Source: Octopus bimaculoides
Taxonomy: Eukaryota
Reading direction: 5' to 3'
DNA length: 64,000 bases
Assembly (NCBI RefSeq): GCF_001194135.2
Contig: NC_068988.1
Coordinates: forward strand, 2,881,288-2,945,287
This document shows, in pieces, positions 12,601 to 25,949 of the stretch. The notes beneath the pieces were generated by a model that was not told where the DNA came from, made no database searches, and worked only from the letters and a program-made list of their open reading frames with translations. Position 1 is the first letter of the stretch; the number at the start of each line of letters is the position of its first letter. The position numbers and the translations under genes were made by a program.

Positions 12601-13791
12601 AAAGAAGCCCCTGTAACTGAAGGAGAAGTGAATGTGTGTGATGAATGTAGGTGGAAGAATGAAGTTGGTAAGAGGAGAGGGTGGTGGAGAATTCTCTGAT
12701 ATTCTTTACCAATATTGAAATTAAAAGCAAGGGATAAATATCCAGAATGAGCAGTTGGTTAAGAGTTATCAATAAACTTACACCATTCTTAGTTTATTAG
12801 GATTTTTCACAACTAAAACTTAAGAACATCAACCACAGTTTCAATAAAATGATTAGTTTCCAAAAACCAAATTATCTTTTTTAGAATAAGATTGATTAAA
12901 AGCAGGACAGCTTTACAACTTTTACTGAAAACCTTAAAAAAATTTTTAATTGTACTAAAAAGACATTTAATAAATGTTAAATGTAAGAGTATGAAGATCT
13001 TTTACTCTTCTGAAGTGGCATAACATCTCTCTAGAACTAATAATATAATAAAATGTATCTGATGCATTCTGTAAAGAGGTTGTTGTTGTTAAGAAGGGCA
13101 TTCAGCCGTAGAAGCAAAGCCACAAATAAAAAATGAAACTCAAGCAAGATGTGGTGCTTCTGACTTTTCCGGATGAACTCTGCTCCCAAATATATGCTGA
13201 TTCAAATCGTATGAGCAAACATAAAACATGGCGTTAATTATGACAATTAGAGAAGTACACACTTTTATGAAGAGACATAAAATAACAAAAGAACACAAAA
13301 ATATTCCATTGTTGCAAATTTGATCTTTTTGCAGACCTTATGGAAACATTATGATTTTGAAAATCTCACTGTAACATGGAATTCTATAATGCAAAATTTA
13401 TTTTGCCAATAAATTCTACATTACATGGAAGTCAGAAAAAGAAGTTTCATGTTAGACTTCCCGGTTATGACAAGATATTCAGGAAGGAAACACTTCTGTA
13501 ATCACAGAAAATTCTTGTATAAATATTGTCATTAAGAACAACATCTAATTGCTTTCAAACCTCTAATTACTTTGTTGTGTGTTAAAGAAACCATAATAAT
13601 TAGAGAAGTAGACTTAATAGGCAAATTCACATTGATGACAAGAGAGGTGCAAATAAATCTTCTCTACTTCCTGAACCAATTAAAGCTTCAACATTTTTAT
13701 TATTCATTGTAAATGTAAACAATTGACTGTAAAGTAAAATTTGAACAATAGCTACCAATGCAGCAAAAATGGCACTTAATGACTTATTATT

Positions 13792-13827
<36 letters not shown>

Positions 13828-14039
13828 AGTTTGCTATGATTTTGAGTTGTCATTCTATGTTTTCACATGAATGACAAACAGCTTCCTTGACTGGACAATC
13901 CTGTTGTTTATAAATCTTAACAGCATGAAAATACTTGAATAATTCATTCTAATAGCAGATAGATGAAGCGAATAATTTCAATTAGATTGATCAACTTGAA
14001 GTGATTCTGATACCAGATTAGTAAAACTTGTTGGATGTG

Positions 14040-14119
14040 AATTCTAGTGATCAGCATTCGTCTGAACCGATTCTAATTCTAGTGATCAGCATTCGTCTGA
14101 ACCGATTCCAATTCTAGTG
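14040..14119. repeat. 35-bp tandem duplication, 2.3 copies
   Basis: AATTCTAGTGATCAGCATTCGTCTGAACCGATTC(T/C) twice plus a partial third copy. Confidence 0.95.
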
Positions 14120-14514
14120 CTTGCTGTGTAACATTATTCAATTTGGGTTAGATTCAGGAGAGATGGTCATTATGTCATTGCTATTGCTATTACGACTGAT
14201 ATTGTGACTATTACAGCTTTTACAGCAACTCAGAACAGCCTTCTGTTGTGATCTTGTTTCAAGGAAATTCTTTATAATTTCTTCACAACATTCCATGGAA
14301 GATGTTGCTTTAAGACAATAATCTTGGTTTAAATGTTAGCATGCATGAATAAAATCTGTGATTGTATTTTTATGCATTTGGCTGATGTGTTATAAATAAT
14401 TTGGGGGCAAAGCCCACACTTTTTTTTTTTGTTTTGGTTTAATGTTGACAGAGTTTATTAATGGAATTGGTAAAGGTATTACACGATCTGATATGTTTAT
14501 TAATATTCTTATTC

Positions 14515-14575
14515 TTTTATTCTTTTTCATTTGTTTCAGTCAGTTGACTGCAGCCATGCTGGGGTATTGCCTTTC

Positions 14576-14608
<33 letters not shown>

Positions 14609-14675
14609 CGATGGGCTTCTTTCAGTTTCCGTCTACCAAATCTTCTAGTCAGCCGGAGGCTATAGGAGAAGACTA
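14515..14675 (-). mobile_element. Family B SINE, internally deleted
   Basis: GACTGCAGCCATGCTGGGG...(TA)n-CGATGGGCTTCTTTCAGTTTCCGTCTACC. Confidence 0.7.
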
Positions 14676-15394
14676 TAACACTTAACAATTGCAATACTAG
14701 AATGACCACTTGACCAGAGCTTAGATAAAGTGTTTGTCAGGTTGAGTGCATTTGTATTTCCTTACACTTGTTGTGTTGGCATAGTTCTTTGAATGGGCAA
14801 CACCTGCTGTTACTGATCTCCAAGAAACACCAGATGAATTTCCTTTAAATTGAATCCTGCCATCTTATGTAAATTGAAGTCGTATCATCATCATCTTTCG
14901 TGTGATATGAATGGTGACATAAAATGTAGTCTTAGATAGACCTATTTCTAAAGAGACAGTTGTTATTGTGGTAATAACTGATCTTAGAACCATTCAATCA
15001 AAATTGATTTAAGGCTAAGCAAAAGCATAACACATTAACTATTCTCTGATTACTCACTAATTACACCATTTACAGAAGAGATCTTTATTAATTTATGACA
15101 AATGTTCTCAGTCTTAGTGATACGGAAGTGTGAACTGAGATTGTAAGAAACATTTACAATGTATTTTACATGGAAACTTAAAGATTTTTGGTGCATTTTG
15201 GACAGAAAGTTAAAAACTGCTTCAAAAATATATCTTTATACATTTGGGTTAATTTGAACCTGAATATATGATCGCTGTTTCAATTCTCACTGTCCTGTGA
15301 TGCACCCCATGAATTCAAAATTAATGATGCACTTTACATGGAAGGTTAGCAAATACAGGAGAATTGTGCATGTTTTATTTTTTATGTTTTACTT

Positions 15395-15775
15395 GTTTTA
15401 TTCAGTGAATTGTGGCCATGCTGGAGCACTATCTTGAAGGGTTTAACTGAATGAATTGACCCCAATACTTTTATTAAGCCTGGTAATTATTCTATCGGTC
15501 TTTTGTGCTGAACCATGAAGTTATGGAGATGTAATATAACAAACACCATTTGTCAAGTGGTGGTGGTGGTGAGGGCAAGCACACAAACACACACACACAC
15601 ACATGCATATATATGATAGACTTCTTTACCATTTCCAGCTCCCAAATCCACTCATAAAGGCTTTTGGTCAGCTTGAAACTATGGTGGAATACTCTTGCCC
15701 AAAGTGCCACACAATGGGATTGAACTCAAAGTCACATGGATGGAAAGCAAACTTCTTACCATAAAACAACCAAAA
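15395..15775 (-). mobile_element. Family B tRNA-derived SINE, near full length
   Basis: Antisense head (A/B boxes), CCTTGGGCAAG-like core, internal microsatellite, 3' body. Confidence 0.8.
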
Positions 15776-16257
15776 ACTATGTTTCAAAGTTTAAAACATA
15801 GAAAACAAAGAAATCTATTGTTTCGTTTGGTCTATTAATAACACCTGTTTATTGTTACACCTGTGTATAGTAAAATTATAAATAATACATTGTTTGAGAT
15901 ATTTAAACAATCATTAAACATTTTCTTTTCTGAAATCTTAAATAACATTTTTTTGATATTTCTGTGACACTCTGAGGTGCCCAATGTGTTGCACTATTAT
16001 GCTGAGGCACCCCAAGGTGTCCTTTGTCTTGCACCATTGTGCCATAGCATTACATTTAATTATCAAAACCTTATGATATCAATTTGTTTTTATTTCTTCT
16101 ATCAGTGACCAAGTTATTGATTATAGAAACAACAGATTGTTGAAGAATAAATATAATAAACTTTAGATCTTTGGAAAAAATCCTGTTTCTTTGGATCAAA
16201 TAGGGGTTCACTTTGAATCAAAATTGAAAAGATTTTATTTCAAGGAGTTAAGGCATC

Positions 16258-16292
<35 letters not shown>

Positions 16293-16320
16293 TTTGTATA
16301 CACAAATGATTATACTATGA

Positions 16321-16725
16321 TAGGTGCATGCGTGATTGTTTGATAAGAAGCTTGCTTCCCAACCACATGGTTCTGGGTTCAGTGCCACTGTGTGGCATTT
16401 TAGGCAAGTGTCTTCTGCCATAGCCTCGAGCCGACCAAAGCCTTGTGAATGGATTTGGTAAATTGAAAGAAGCCTGTTGCGTATATAAGTGCGTGTGCAT
16501 GTGTTTGTGTCTGTGTTTGTCCCCCACCACTGCTTGACAACCGATGCTGGTGTGTTTACATCCCTGTAACATACCAGCTTGGCTAAAGAGACTGATAGAA
16601 TAAGCACCACACTTTAAAAAGAATAAATACTGGGATTGAACCATTCGACTAAAATTTATCCAGGGTGGTGCCCCAGCATGGCCACATTCTAATGAGTCAA
16701 ACAAATAAATGTAAAAAGAATATTT
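16321..16725 (+). mobile_element. Family B tRNA-derived SINE, full length
   Basis: AGAAGCTTGCTTCCCAACCACATGGTTCTGGGTTCAGTGCC head through CCAGCATGGCCACA..AAACAAATAAA tail. Confidence 0.85.
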
Positions 16726-16809
16726 TGCCCTTTTTGACCAAAGATAATGCTAAGTGAGTATTACATCTAACTTGACCTTCAGTGAAAAGAGCTGCAGTAT
16801 GATTCTTTA

Positions 16810-16854
<45 letters not shown>

Positions 16855-16880
16855 ATCAATCTATTCATCTATGTATATAG

Positions 16881-16929
<49 letters not shown>

Positions 16930-17760
16930 CTTCTACTGGTCACTACTTCTATCGCTTGGTTTATTCTGTTGAAAGTGAATGAGAGTCAATAATACAAAAA
17001 TATCACATGTAATTTCCTGCAGGAAGTCTTGAACACAGTGCTGCAACTAAAAGTTGGTAAATTACTGTTTATAGCAGTGAATCACATCATCCTGTGGTAC
17101 TTTTTTACTGGCAGGTGGGCAATTCCAATGTAAGTTAAGTATCTAAGTAAGCTACAAATGTTATGCAGTGCCAAAGATAACATACAACGTGCCAACAATT
17201 CTACCGGTTGTCAAATATGCTACTAAACTACAATCCAGTTTCTATCTGTGAACCATAAGAAATACAGTCGCCACTATACTGGAAAATATTTTGTGAAGAA
17301 TTACAATCTCAGAAACCATCGTAAAGCAAAGGAGCGAGAATGCAAAGTTAAGCTGTAACTACTGTTACAAGAGAAGTGTCTGCAGTTGACATGAGAAATT
17401 ATACAAGTTAAAGGAGAATGAACGCACGGTATTGATGGGTGACTCAGTCAGTGAACCTATTCACAGCAGAAGACCAATAGGGCAGTCCGTAATTAAATTT
17501 ACTACAATCACTCCAGTGTTCTTGCTTTTGGGACATTGATATACTGATTAAAATAACTTTCAGCACTGCGGAAATCAATAAGTTTAGTGAAGTCCAACTA
17601 CAGCAAAGGTTAAAATGCTGATGGCATGCATATGTAAGCTCAAGATGGCTCGATACTTAACTCCAAAGAAATATATTTTAATAAGAAGTAATGACATGTG
17701 AACATTCTGAAGATTCTAATAACAGATAAAATTAAACTAAAAATTAATGGTTGGTGTGTT

Positions 17761-17935
17761 GCAGGCATGGCTGAGTGGTTAAAAAGCTTGACTTGCAACC
17801 ATGTGGTTTCAGGTTCAGTCCCACAGTGTGACATCAGGGGCAAGTGTCATCTATGACAGCCCTCAGTTAATCAATGTCTTGTGAATAAATTTGGTAGAGG
17901 GAAACTCTGCAGAAGCCTGTATGTATGTGTGTATC
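17761..17935 (+). mobile_element. Family B SINE, 5' half
   Basis: A-box TGGCTGAGTGG, B-box GGTTCAGTCC. Confidence 0.75.
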
Positions 17936-17969
<34 letters not shown>

Positions 17970-18027
17970 TGTGTGTGTGTGTGTATGTGTGTGTGTGTAT
18001 AATATCATCATCATCATCTCATGATAA

Positions 18028-18061
<34 letters not shown>

Positions 18062-18065
18062 TATA

Positions 18066-18441
18066 TAGGTGCAGGGGTGGGTGTGTGGTAAGTAGCTTGC
18101 TTCCCAACCACATAGTTCTGGGTTCAGTCCCACTGCATGACACCTTGGGCAAGTGTCTTTGGGTTGACAAAAGCCTTGTGAGTGGATTTGATGGATGGAA
18201 ACTGAAAGAAGCCCATTGTATATAATATATCCTCATCATCATCATCATCATGGGTTGGACGATTTTACTGAGGACTGGTGAACCAGATGGCGACACCAGG
18301 CTCCAATCTGATTTGGAAGAGTTTCTACAGCTGGATGCCCTTCCTAATGCCAACCACTCAGAGAGTGTAGTGGGTGCATTTACGTGCCACCAGCACGAAG
18401 GCCAGTCAGGAGGTACTGGCAACGGCCACGTGTGTGTATGT

Positions 18442-18473
<32 letters not shown>

Positions 18474-18668
18474 ATTTGTTGCCCCATCATCGCTTGACAA
18501 CTGATGTTGTTGTGTTTACGTCCCGTAACTTAGCAGTTCAGCAAAAGAGAGCGATAGAATAAGTACTAGGCTTACAAAGAATAAGTCCTGGGGTCGATTT
18601 CTTTGACTAAAGGTAGTGCTCCAGCATGGCCGCAGTCAAATGACTGAAACAAATAAAAGAATAAAAGA
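18066..18668 (+). mobile_element. Family B SINE interrupted by an antisense family A insertion
   Basis: 5' half 18066-18225 and 3' half 18430-18668 are collinear with the intact copy at 16321. Confidence 0.85.
18232..18430 (-). mobile_element. Family A retroposon nested in a family B SINE
   Basis: (ATC)n then antisense A body. Confidence 0.85.
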
Positions 18669-20005
18669 ATATCATATAAGTATGTATATATGTATGTATG
18701 CATGCATGTATGTATATATGTATGTATGCATGCATGTATGTATGTATGTATGTATGTGTGTGTGTGTGTATGTATGTATCTATGTGTGCATGTATTTATG
18801 TATGTAGGCATGTATAAGTGTGTATATGTGTATATTGTGTTTGTCCTCAAGTGATTGATAACCAATATCGGTCAGTTTATATCGCTATAACTGAATGGTT
18901 TTCCAAAAGAGACTGATAGAACAGTCACTAGACTTCAATATACTTACAGCTGTTACTTTCTTCAACTAAATTCTTCAAAGTGGTGCCCCAGCAGGGTTGC
19001 ACTCCAATGAGTGAACCAAGTGAAAGAATTCCAGAAAATTCTCTCAGTTTATATTGAATGCAATTTGAAACAGCTGGATACAAATCAACATCGCTCATGG
19101 CAATTCTTTGAGAGACTTTGGTGTCTGGAAATTGTATGACACTCAAATATACTTTGCATATTTTTTGAAATAAAGAAGAAATCTTCCAAGAAAAGTTTTG
19201 CAATATATTCCAGTAGATCCACATTGTAGAATGTAGGCGAGTAGTGAAGATACCTTTGGAACCCAGGGCTGGATATGGTTACCAGATTAAAGATTGGATC
19301 AAAGACTTTACAGTATTTAAATTTAGTTCTTTGCTCCAAGTTGAAATCCTACATTGATTGGTTTTGACTTTCATCCTTTTGGAATCAATAAAATGGTAAA
19401 AAGAAAAATCAATTTACACCAATGTGATTCTTCATTCAAAAAACTGACCTTGATCTCATTAAAAATCATCATTCCATTATTAAACAAAGTTTTGCTGAAA
19501 TGGTAAGACAGAAGAACATTTAGTTTTCTACCACATAGAGTCCTGAGTTCAAATCCTCCTAGGGTTGATATTCATCTCAACTGAGATGAATAAATGCATA
19601 TCAGAAACTGAAATCAGATTCCAAAAACCAAGCATTTTTACCATTTCAACAGCTGGCCTTGTACCAAACCAAAAACAACCAATGCTACAAAAATTATCAA
19701 ATTTTCCAGAGTTTCAATGAATTCTTATTTAACCTTATTGGGAATTCTTGCCTTTGGTAAAGATTAGTATTCTAACTATGAAATGGTACAGACATAGTTG
19801 TCTGATTAAAAAGATTGTCTCAAACAGAACTGACCTGGGTTGTATAACAACTCAAAGTAGAAGCAAGAACCCAGCAAACCCAACTTGTGACTCAGTTACA
19901 ATATCTTGGTCTTGTAATTTTGCTTGAGGAATTCCCAAACATCACAAAGACCCATTTCTATCCTGTAAATTAGCATCCTTTAAGTAAGAAATCAATGATA
20001 CAACT

Positions 20006-20036
<31 letters not shown>

Positions 20037-20119
20037 TAAAGAAAAGTTGGCTGAATTGCTGAAGGAATGGAACATCAAAGAAGTAAACCGAATGCTAAGT
20101 AGTTGATGTCCTGGTTGTC

Positions 20120-20400
20120 TTTGTTGTTGCAGTTATTGTTGTTGTTTTTGTTGTTGTTGATCAAGCCAACTTACAATAAGAAAAAATTCCAACTGTGCAC
20201 ATTTCATTTCTTTTCTGGACACAGTGTAGAGATCACGTAGAATGATGTGTCTTCATTGACTTCTTATTTTTGTAAGAAAGTAGGTTGTGAATCGAGAAAA
20301 AAATCTGACTGCTATTCCTAGCAAATCCAGTGATCATGTAGAAGCTCTATCGTCAACTTGACATGTTAAAAGAAATGCTGTAGCATGGTCTAAATAAGTT
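20120..20400 (-). mobile_element. Family D retroposon
   Basis: (GTT)n at left; CTGCTATTCCTAGC..TGATCATGTAGAAGCT. Confidence 0.55.
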
Positions 20401-20512
20401 GCAACTTTTTCTAAAACCTGGTGATGGCTGCAGCGAATGCAAGGAGAATGAATCCAGTCAAAGAACAACAATTCTTATTTATTTATGAATTGCAAACTGG
20501 GACAAACGACTG

Positions 20513-20559
20513 CCAGTACTGAGAAAGGGTGAGACCCTGAAACCAGCAGGTCTACCGGT
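20513..20559 (+). ncRNA. Type I hammerhead-ribozyme-like motif with a G8A core substitution
   Basis: Stem I CCAGTA/TACCGG; core CTGAGAA; stem II AGGGT-GAG-ACCCT; GAAA; stem III ACC-AGCA-GGT; GTC triplet at 20550-20552. Confidence 0.7.
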
Positions 20560-21059
20560 CTTGCCGCTGCTAGATGGGAGTCGCTAACTCCCTTGTTTGC
20601 AATTTATCGGACATAGATATTGTGTCACTAACCATTAGTTACTGTTGCAATTGCAACCCTACTATAAAGTGGTGCAATCTCTTAAAGATCTTGACTTGGT
20701 ACCCCTCTGCATTGTATAATATGGAGTTGTCAATTGAGTCAGACACAAACAATTTCTATTTTAAGTTCTTACTGGATAATCATTTTCAGTCCATCATTTT
20801 AAAACTTTGTATAGTTTAAATGATGATTACTCATTTATATTTGGCAAATGTAATTTTATTCATGTGCAAGCATCTCAATGTTTGCTCCTGTCTAGAATTT
20901 ATTATATTACCATTTTAACAGATATATATATATATATATGTAGTCAACACGTGAGTTCTGAGCATTCTCATTATAGAAAACATGTATCCATGCTCTAATA
21001 ATTTGAACTTAAACTTCAAAGTCTTTATGGAGGACTAAGTGTGCAGGGTAAAGAATTGC

Positions 21060-21430
21060 TGTAAGAGCAATCCAGATGAACTGGTTGTGAGGCAAATAAA
21101 CAGATAAACATGCTTAGGATTGTTATATAAAATAGACATACATATATACACATAAATATATTAAAGGACATATACAGAGGGAAGCAAAATTGAAAATAGT
21201 CAGATGAACATTTCATGTATCAGCATAGAAATATTTATATATTTATTGAACAAATTTACATGGAGTACAAAAAGTACAGAAAACTAAATGGAGAGGATAA
21301 AAAGTTAAAGAGATGCAACCAGTTGTGGATGCATACAAGCATTACTGTAAACCAGCCCCCTGTGTTCATGGTTGAAAGACTAACAACCTCCAAAACATCT
21401 AATATATTAAAAAATTGCATCACCTCCAGT
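21060..21430. repeat. Unclassified interspersed repeat (copy 1)
   Basis: Shares ATTTACATGGA.TACAAAAA and a 39-nt block (36/39 identical) with 27900-28310. Confidence 0.7.
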
Positions 21431-22274
21431 GTTTGGTAATAATGAACAAACTACTTTGCTAGGCCCATCAGAACATTATATATTTCATCTTTCATTCGCT
21501 CAAACAAAGACAACACATTGCCATTTTAAGTTGGATCACAAAAATATTATGCTGACCTGGTATTCATGCTATTTGGTTTAATATTATTATCATCATTATT
21601 TTGCGCATGTACGTGTGTGTGTCTGGTGTGTTTTTGTGTTTACCCTTGTAACCATGCCCCAATAGCGATGCTTCAAAGAAAAAGTAAATGGCCACAATTG
21701 AAATTGAAATGAAAATAATAAAGATAATTCAGCAAACATTGGAAAAGCATTAAGCGTTAATCAGTCAACAATCAGGACAATCTAAGAGAACAAATAAGAT
21801 TAATGGACATGATTTGTAGCTTGGATGAGAAGAGTCTCCATTCCAATGAAAGTGACAATTGTCACTAAGCAACACAGTGGTTTAATTATTGTCACAGAAC
21901 GACTATTATCAATTTGATTAGCGGATCAAAACCAGTGTAATACACCTATTAACCTTGGTTTAGTGCAAGAAACAGCTTAAAGCATGAACTGCAAGTGAAT
22001 GTTTTTGTGAGAAAGAATTTATTGTGAGTTGGGCAGTTCAATAGTTTCAAAAAGAGAGGAACTTCCTCAGAATTAGAGTGCAAGGCAAGGCTTTGGTGCT
22101 GATGCGCAGAGAGATTATGAAAACGGTGAAAAAAGAAATTACTTGAGAAGGTTACATTGCAGGGTGAATGTTTAATGGATTTTCCAAACTATATCACTCT
22201 CATCTGGTATATTTTGGAAATGAAGTGGATTTTAGGAAGAACACGAAACACACACAAACATGCCTACATATACT

Positions 22275-22382
<108 letters not shown>

Positions 22383-22399
22383 TAATAATAATAATACAC

Positions 22400-22445
<46 letters not shown>

Positions 22446-22464
22446 ATATATGGTGTGTGTGTGT

Positions 22465-22498
<34 letters not shown>

Positions 22499-23699
22499 GT
22501 GAGTGGGGTAGATAGATAGATAGTTATACAGCTATGCATATATACATGTGTGTATATATGCATGTATGTTTGTATATGTGTATATGACTCAAACTTTACT
22601 CCTATAACAACTCTTTAATTGCAACCATGTTCAAGATAGTATTCTTGACTAACAGAACAGGTTTTACCCTAACTTCTTATTAAAGTGGTCAGTGGTTGTA
22701 GGAAGGGCATTCAGTTGAAAAATTAAACAGGTTCCACCCTTCCTTCACGGTTGAGTAATTAGGCTGTAAAAAGTGCTTTCTGATATAAAAACAATTGCAC
22801 TAACAAAAAAGAAAAAAAGAAAAATATCCCATAGGAGAAAGTAGGAAAAAAAATGATATTTAAACAGCAAGCAAGCAAAAAATATGTGTTTATGGTTTAA
22901 TGGTTAAAATATGTTCTACCTTTATATTCTTTTACGCCTATTTTATAGTCTAATTCACTTCCTCTCTATTTACAGCCCTAACAAAAGTAGTTGAGCGTGC
23001 ATGTATGAATCTATGTGCAAACACTGTGTGTATACCTGTGTATATGCTATTGTTTTATACAGCATCTAAACAGCCTGTAGGGGTGTGTGTCAGAAGAGAT
23101 GTTTATGTATGGGAGCAATTGCATTTTACTGCTTTTCATTTTGTCTCAACTTCCTGATAAAATGGTAATTTTACAGTACAATATTTTAATGCTCATATAC
23201 ATTATTATATAATGTCAATGCTTTCATGAATCAAAAAGTTGATGATAAACTCTGGTTTGTGTAGAGTTAAGTAGAGGACAGAGAACTATAGACAGCCAAG
23301 TTAGTTATTGGATAACTAAGTGTGAGAGTTAGGTTTCATCGATATTGACCACGCTCGGCATCGGAAGCCAAGACACAAAACTTCTGATGCAGTAAACAGT
23401 GGTATTTTAAATCAATAAGCATTTTGTTAGCTCACTGAGCTGAGTTTGATTTATTCTGTTGATTTGAATCAAAATAAAACACTAAAACCAATAAATAACA
23501 AAACCTAGGAGATTCTCAGTAGTCTTATGTTTTGGTATGTATTGGTTAAGTTATATATTGTTGAGGAGGTCTAATAAGGCTGAAGCCTGTTTGGAATTGT
23601 TTCCCACTGTATTCACCCAAAACCTTTCAGTATTTAGTTATTTGGGTTTTAGAGTTATCTGCATTGTTCTTCTTGACAAGAATTAATATTTTGTAAAAT

Positions 23700-24135
23700 A
23701 AATGTAACACAGGGCCAGAAATTCGAGGAAGAGGATTATTTGATAGCCTCAAACCCAATGCTTGATTGTTACTTTATTTAATCAACCTGGGAAGGTAGAA
23801 AGCTAAAGTTGAGACTTCAGTGGGATTTAATCTCAAAACATAAAGTTGCAGATCAAATATTGCAAAGCATTTTGTGTATCTCTAATAACTGTGCTTATAA
23901 TAATGCTCTCTAATAATGATTATTTCAAACATTGGCACATACCTTAAAATTCGAGGTTACGATTAGACGATAGCATCAAACCTGATATTTTACTGGTTAT
24001 TTTGTTTTATCTACCCTGGAGTGATGAAATCCAAAGTAAACCTTAATGAATTTGAACTCAAAAGACAAAGAACCAGAACAACATACTGCAAGGCATTTTG
24101 TCTGATGCTTCTATCCAATTCCCTAATCTGCCACC
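23700..24135 (-). mobile_element. Two adjacent decayed family C SINEs
   Basis: Antisense GTCGAC/GTAAACCT..GAATTTGAACTCA motifs occur twice. Confidence 0.65.
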
Positions 24136-24269
24136 CTAACAAGAATTGTTAATTTAGCATTCTTTTGGCTCCTGAAATTCTTTGCACTTAACTAAAGGCA
24201 TCTCTGAAAATTTATTTATCCAATTTTTATTTTAAGTTACTGTATTGGTGAATGTTTTGTGTGGCCAAC

Positions 24270-24540
24270 ATGTTGTGGGATTCCACAGTGAAGGAAGACC
24301 CTTGCTAGGTTGAAACAATCACTAAAATCCATACAGCTTAATGTAACATCTCAGGAAAGTTATTGCCTAGATCAATCTGGGAGCCATAAAATGTATCATG
24401 ATGCATCTCAACAATTTGAGTTGAAGAAAGAGAACAATAAAAGAACTATCCTGTAATCAACAGATACATTTGACCAATCCCAGGCAAAAATCAGAATCAT
24501 CAATGTCCCCAAAGTAACTTCATAGCAAAATCCATTCCAC
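24270..24540 (+). mobile_element. Decayed RTE/BovB-like 3' coding end
   Basis: HSEGRP.. then LKQSLKSIQLNVTSQESYCLDQSGSHKMYHDASQQFE resembles GRP..RFKD.LK..LK...I..WE..A.DRS.WR....G...FE. Confidence 0.45.
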
Positions 24541-25720
24541 AACTCAAATTATATTTATGCATCCATTACAAATAAATGCAGCTTCCCTTTTTTATATTTT
24601 TATTCTTTCCTTCAAACTTTTTTCATTGAAATTGATGGGAATGACCATCATTTCAAGTTATAATATCAGTGAATGTTTTTACTCAAAAATTTTTATTCAC
24701 TCAGGCATCTTTGGTCTTGGCAAATGCTGGTTCAACTGTGTTTATCTGATGAGGTCAAATAATCTTTATGTATAAAATTTAACATAATTTGTATTATTTA
24801 TGAAACACCATACTGTTCTATCAAAGCACATACTACAACAACCTAGAGACTGGTAGCCAAACACCTTATCCAGAATGTTTGACATCTAATTAACAAATAA
24901 GATTGTTAATTAACAGAGTCTTTATAGCATAAGACAAAATTGCAGAATTTGATTTGGTTCACTACATTATCAGTTGGAATCCTACTGAGGTCAGTTTTGC
25001 TTTCCACTCTTCTTCATTTGTTCATTCATTTTTACATCTGTTTTTCCATGCTAGCATGGGTTAGATGAATATATTTTTGAGACATCGTTTTACAGCTAGA
25101 TGTTCTTTTCCGTAACCCTTGCCAGTTTTTCAAGGAGCTGATAAAATAAAGTACCATTCCAGTGCAAGGGATTGATAGAATTGCTGGAACATTGGTTGAA
25201 ATGTTCTGTAGTATTTGTTATGGTTCTGTAGTTGGATTTCTTATGGGTTAAACTTAATTCTTCGTCCATTTTAACACCACAAATACCTAAATGCTGGGTA
25301 CCTTTACTAGAGTTCCCTTTATTCAAAGTATTTGGGCAGGTCTTGAATTTAAAGATAACTTCCTTTATCGCATCAGTTTCTGAGGCTCTGAAAAAATAAA
25401 TACATGTTTAAAAGTTCGTGGGCACTGCCCCTCCATCCCTGACTAAAGAGTGAAATTAAAAATACATTACTAAATGGAAAGAAATTTAAAAAATAATAAA
25501 CAAAAAAACACAAAAAATGTTGAAAATAAACAAAGATAATAATAATAAATGAATATTGATTTGCAAAAATTGTAAATAAAAGAGAATAAGGGAGGTTTTA
25601 GTTTTGTTTGGGACAACCACTTTAGTAACAGCAGTATAATAAAATGTATCTAGTTCACAAAGTAGACTAGTGACAGGAAAAACATCCAGTCATGAAGGTC
25701 AGATCATAAGAAACAACATA

Positions 25721-25949
25721 TACAGGGTGGCCCCAAAATAGGTTTACAGTTATTCAAATATTTCTTTCACATTCATATATTAACAGTTAAGATCTTAATT
25801 ATAAAAGAAATATGAAACCATTATTCTATGCTAATTTAGTTAATTTTGTCAAACTCCCTTTGCAGTTAGTAAGATAGAAATTTAAACGTAATAAAATAAA
25901 TTTAAGTGCCTACGTGATAACTGTAAACCTACTTTTAGGTCACCCTATA
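25721..25949. mobile_element. Tc1/mariner-type MITE, 225 bp, TA target-site duplication
   Basis: 31-bp TIRs at 25723-25753 and 25917-25947 (26/31 matching), CAGGGTG start, flanked by TA. Confidence 0.85.

Noticed and set aside
17440-17480. AP-1 (TGACTCA) plus CCAAT box
   Set aside because: Short motifs expected by chance; no supporting promoter context
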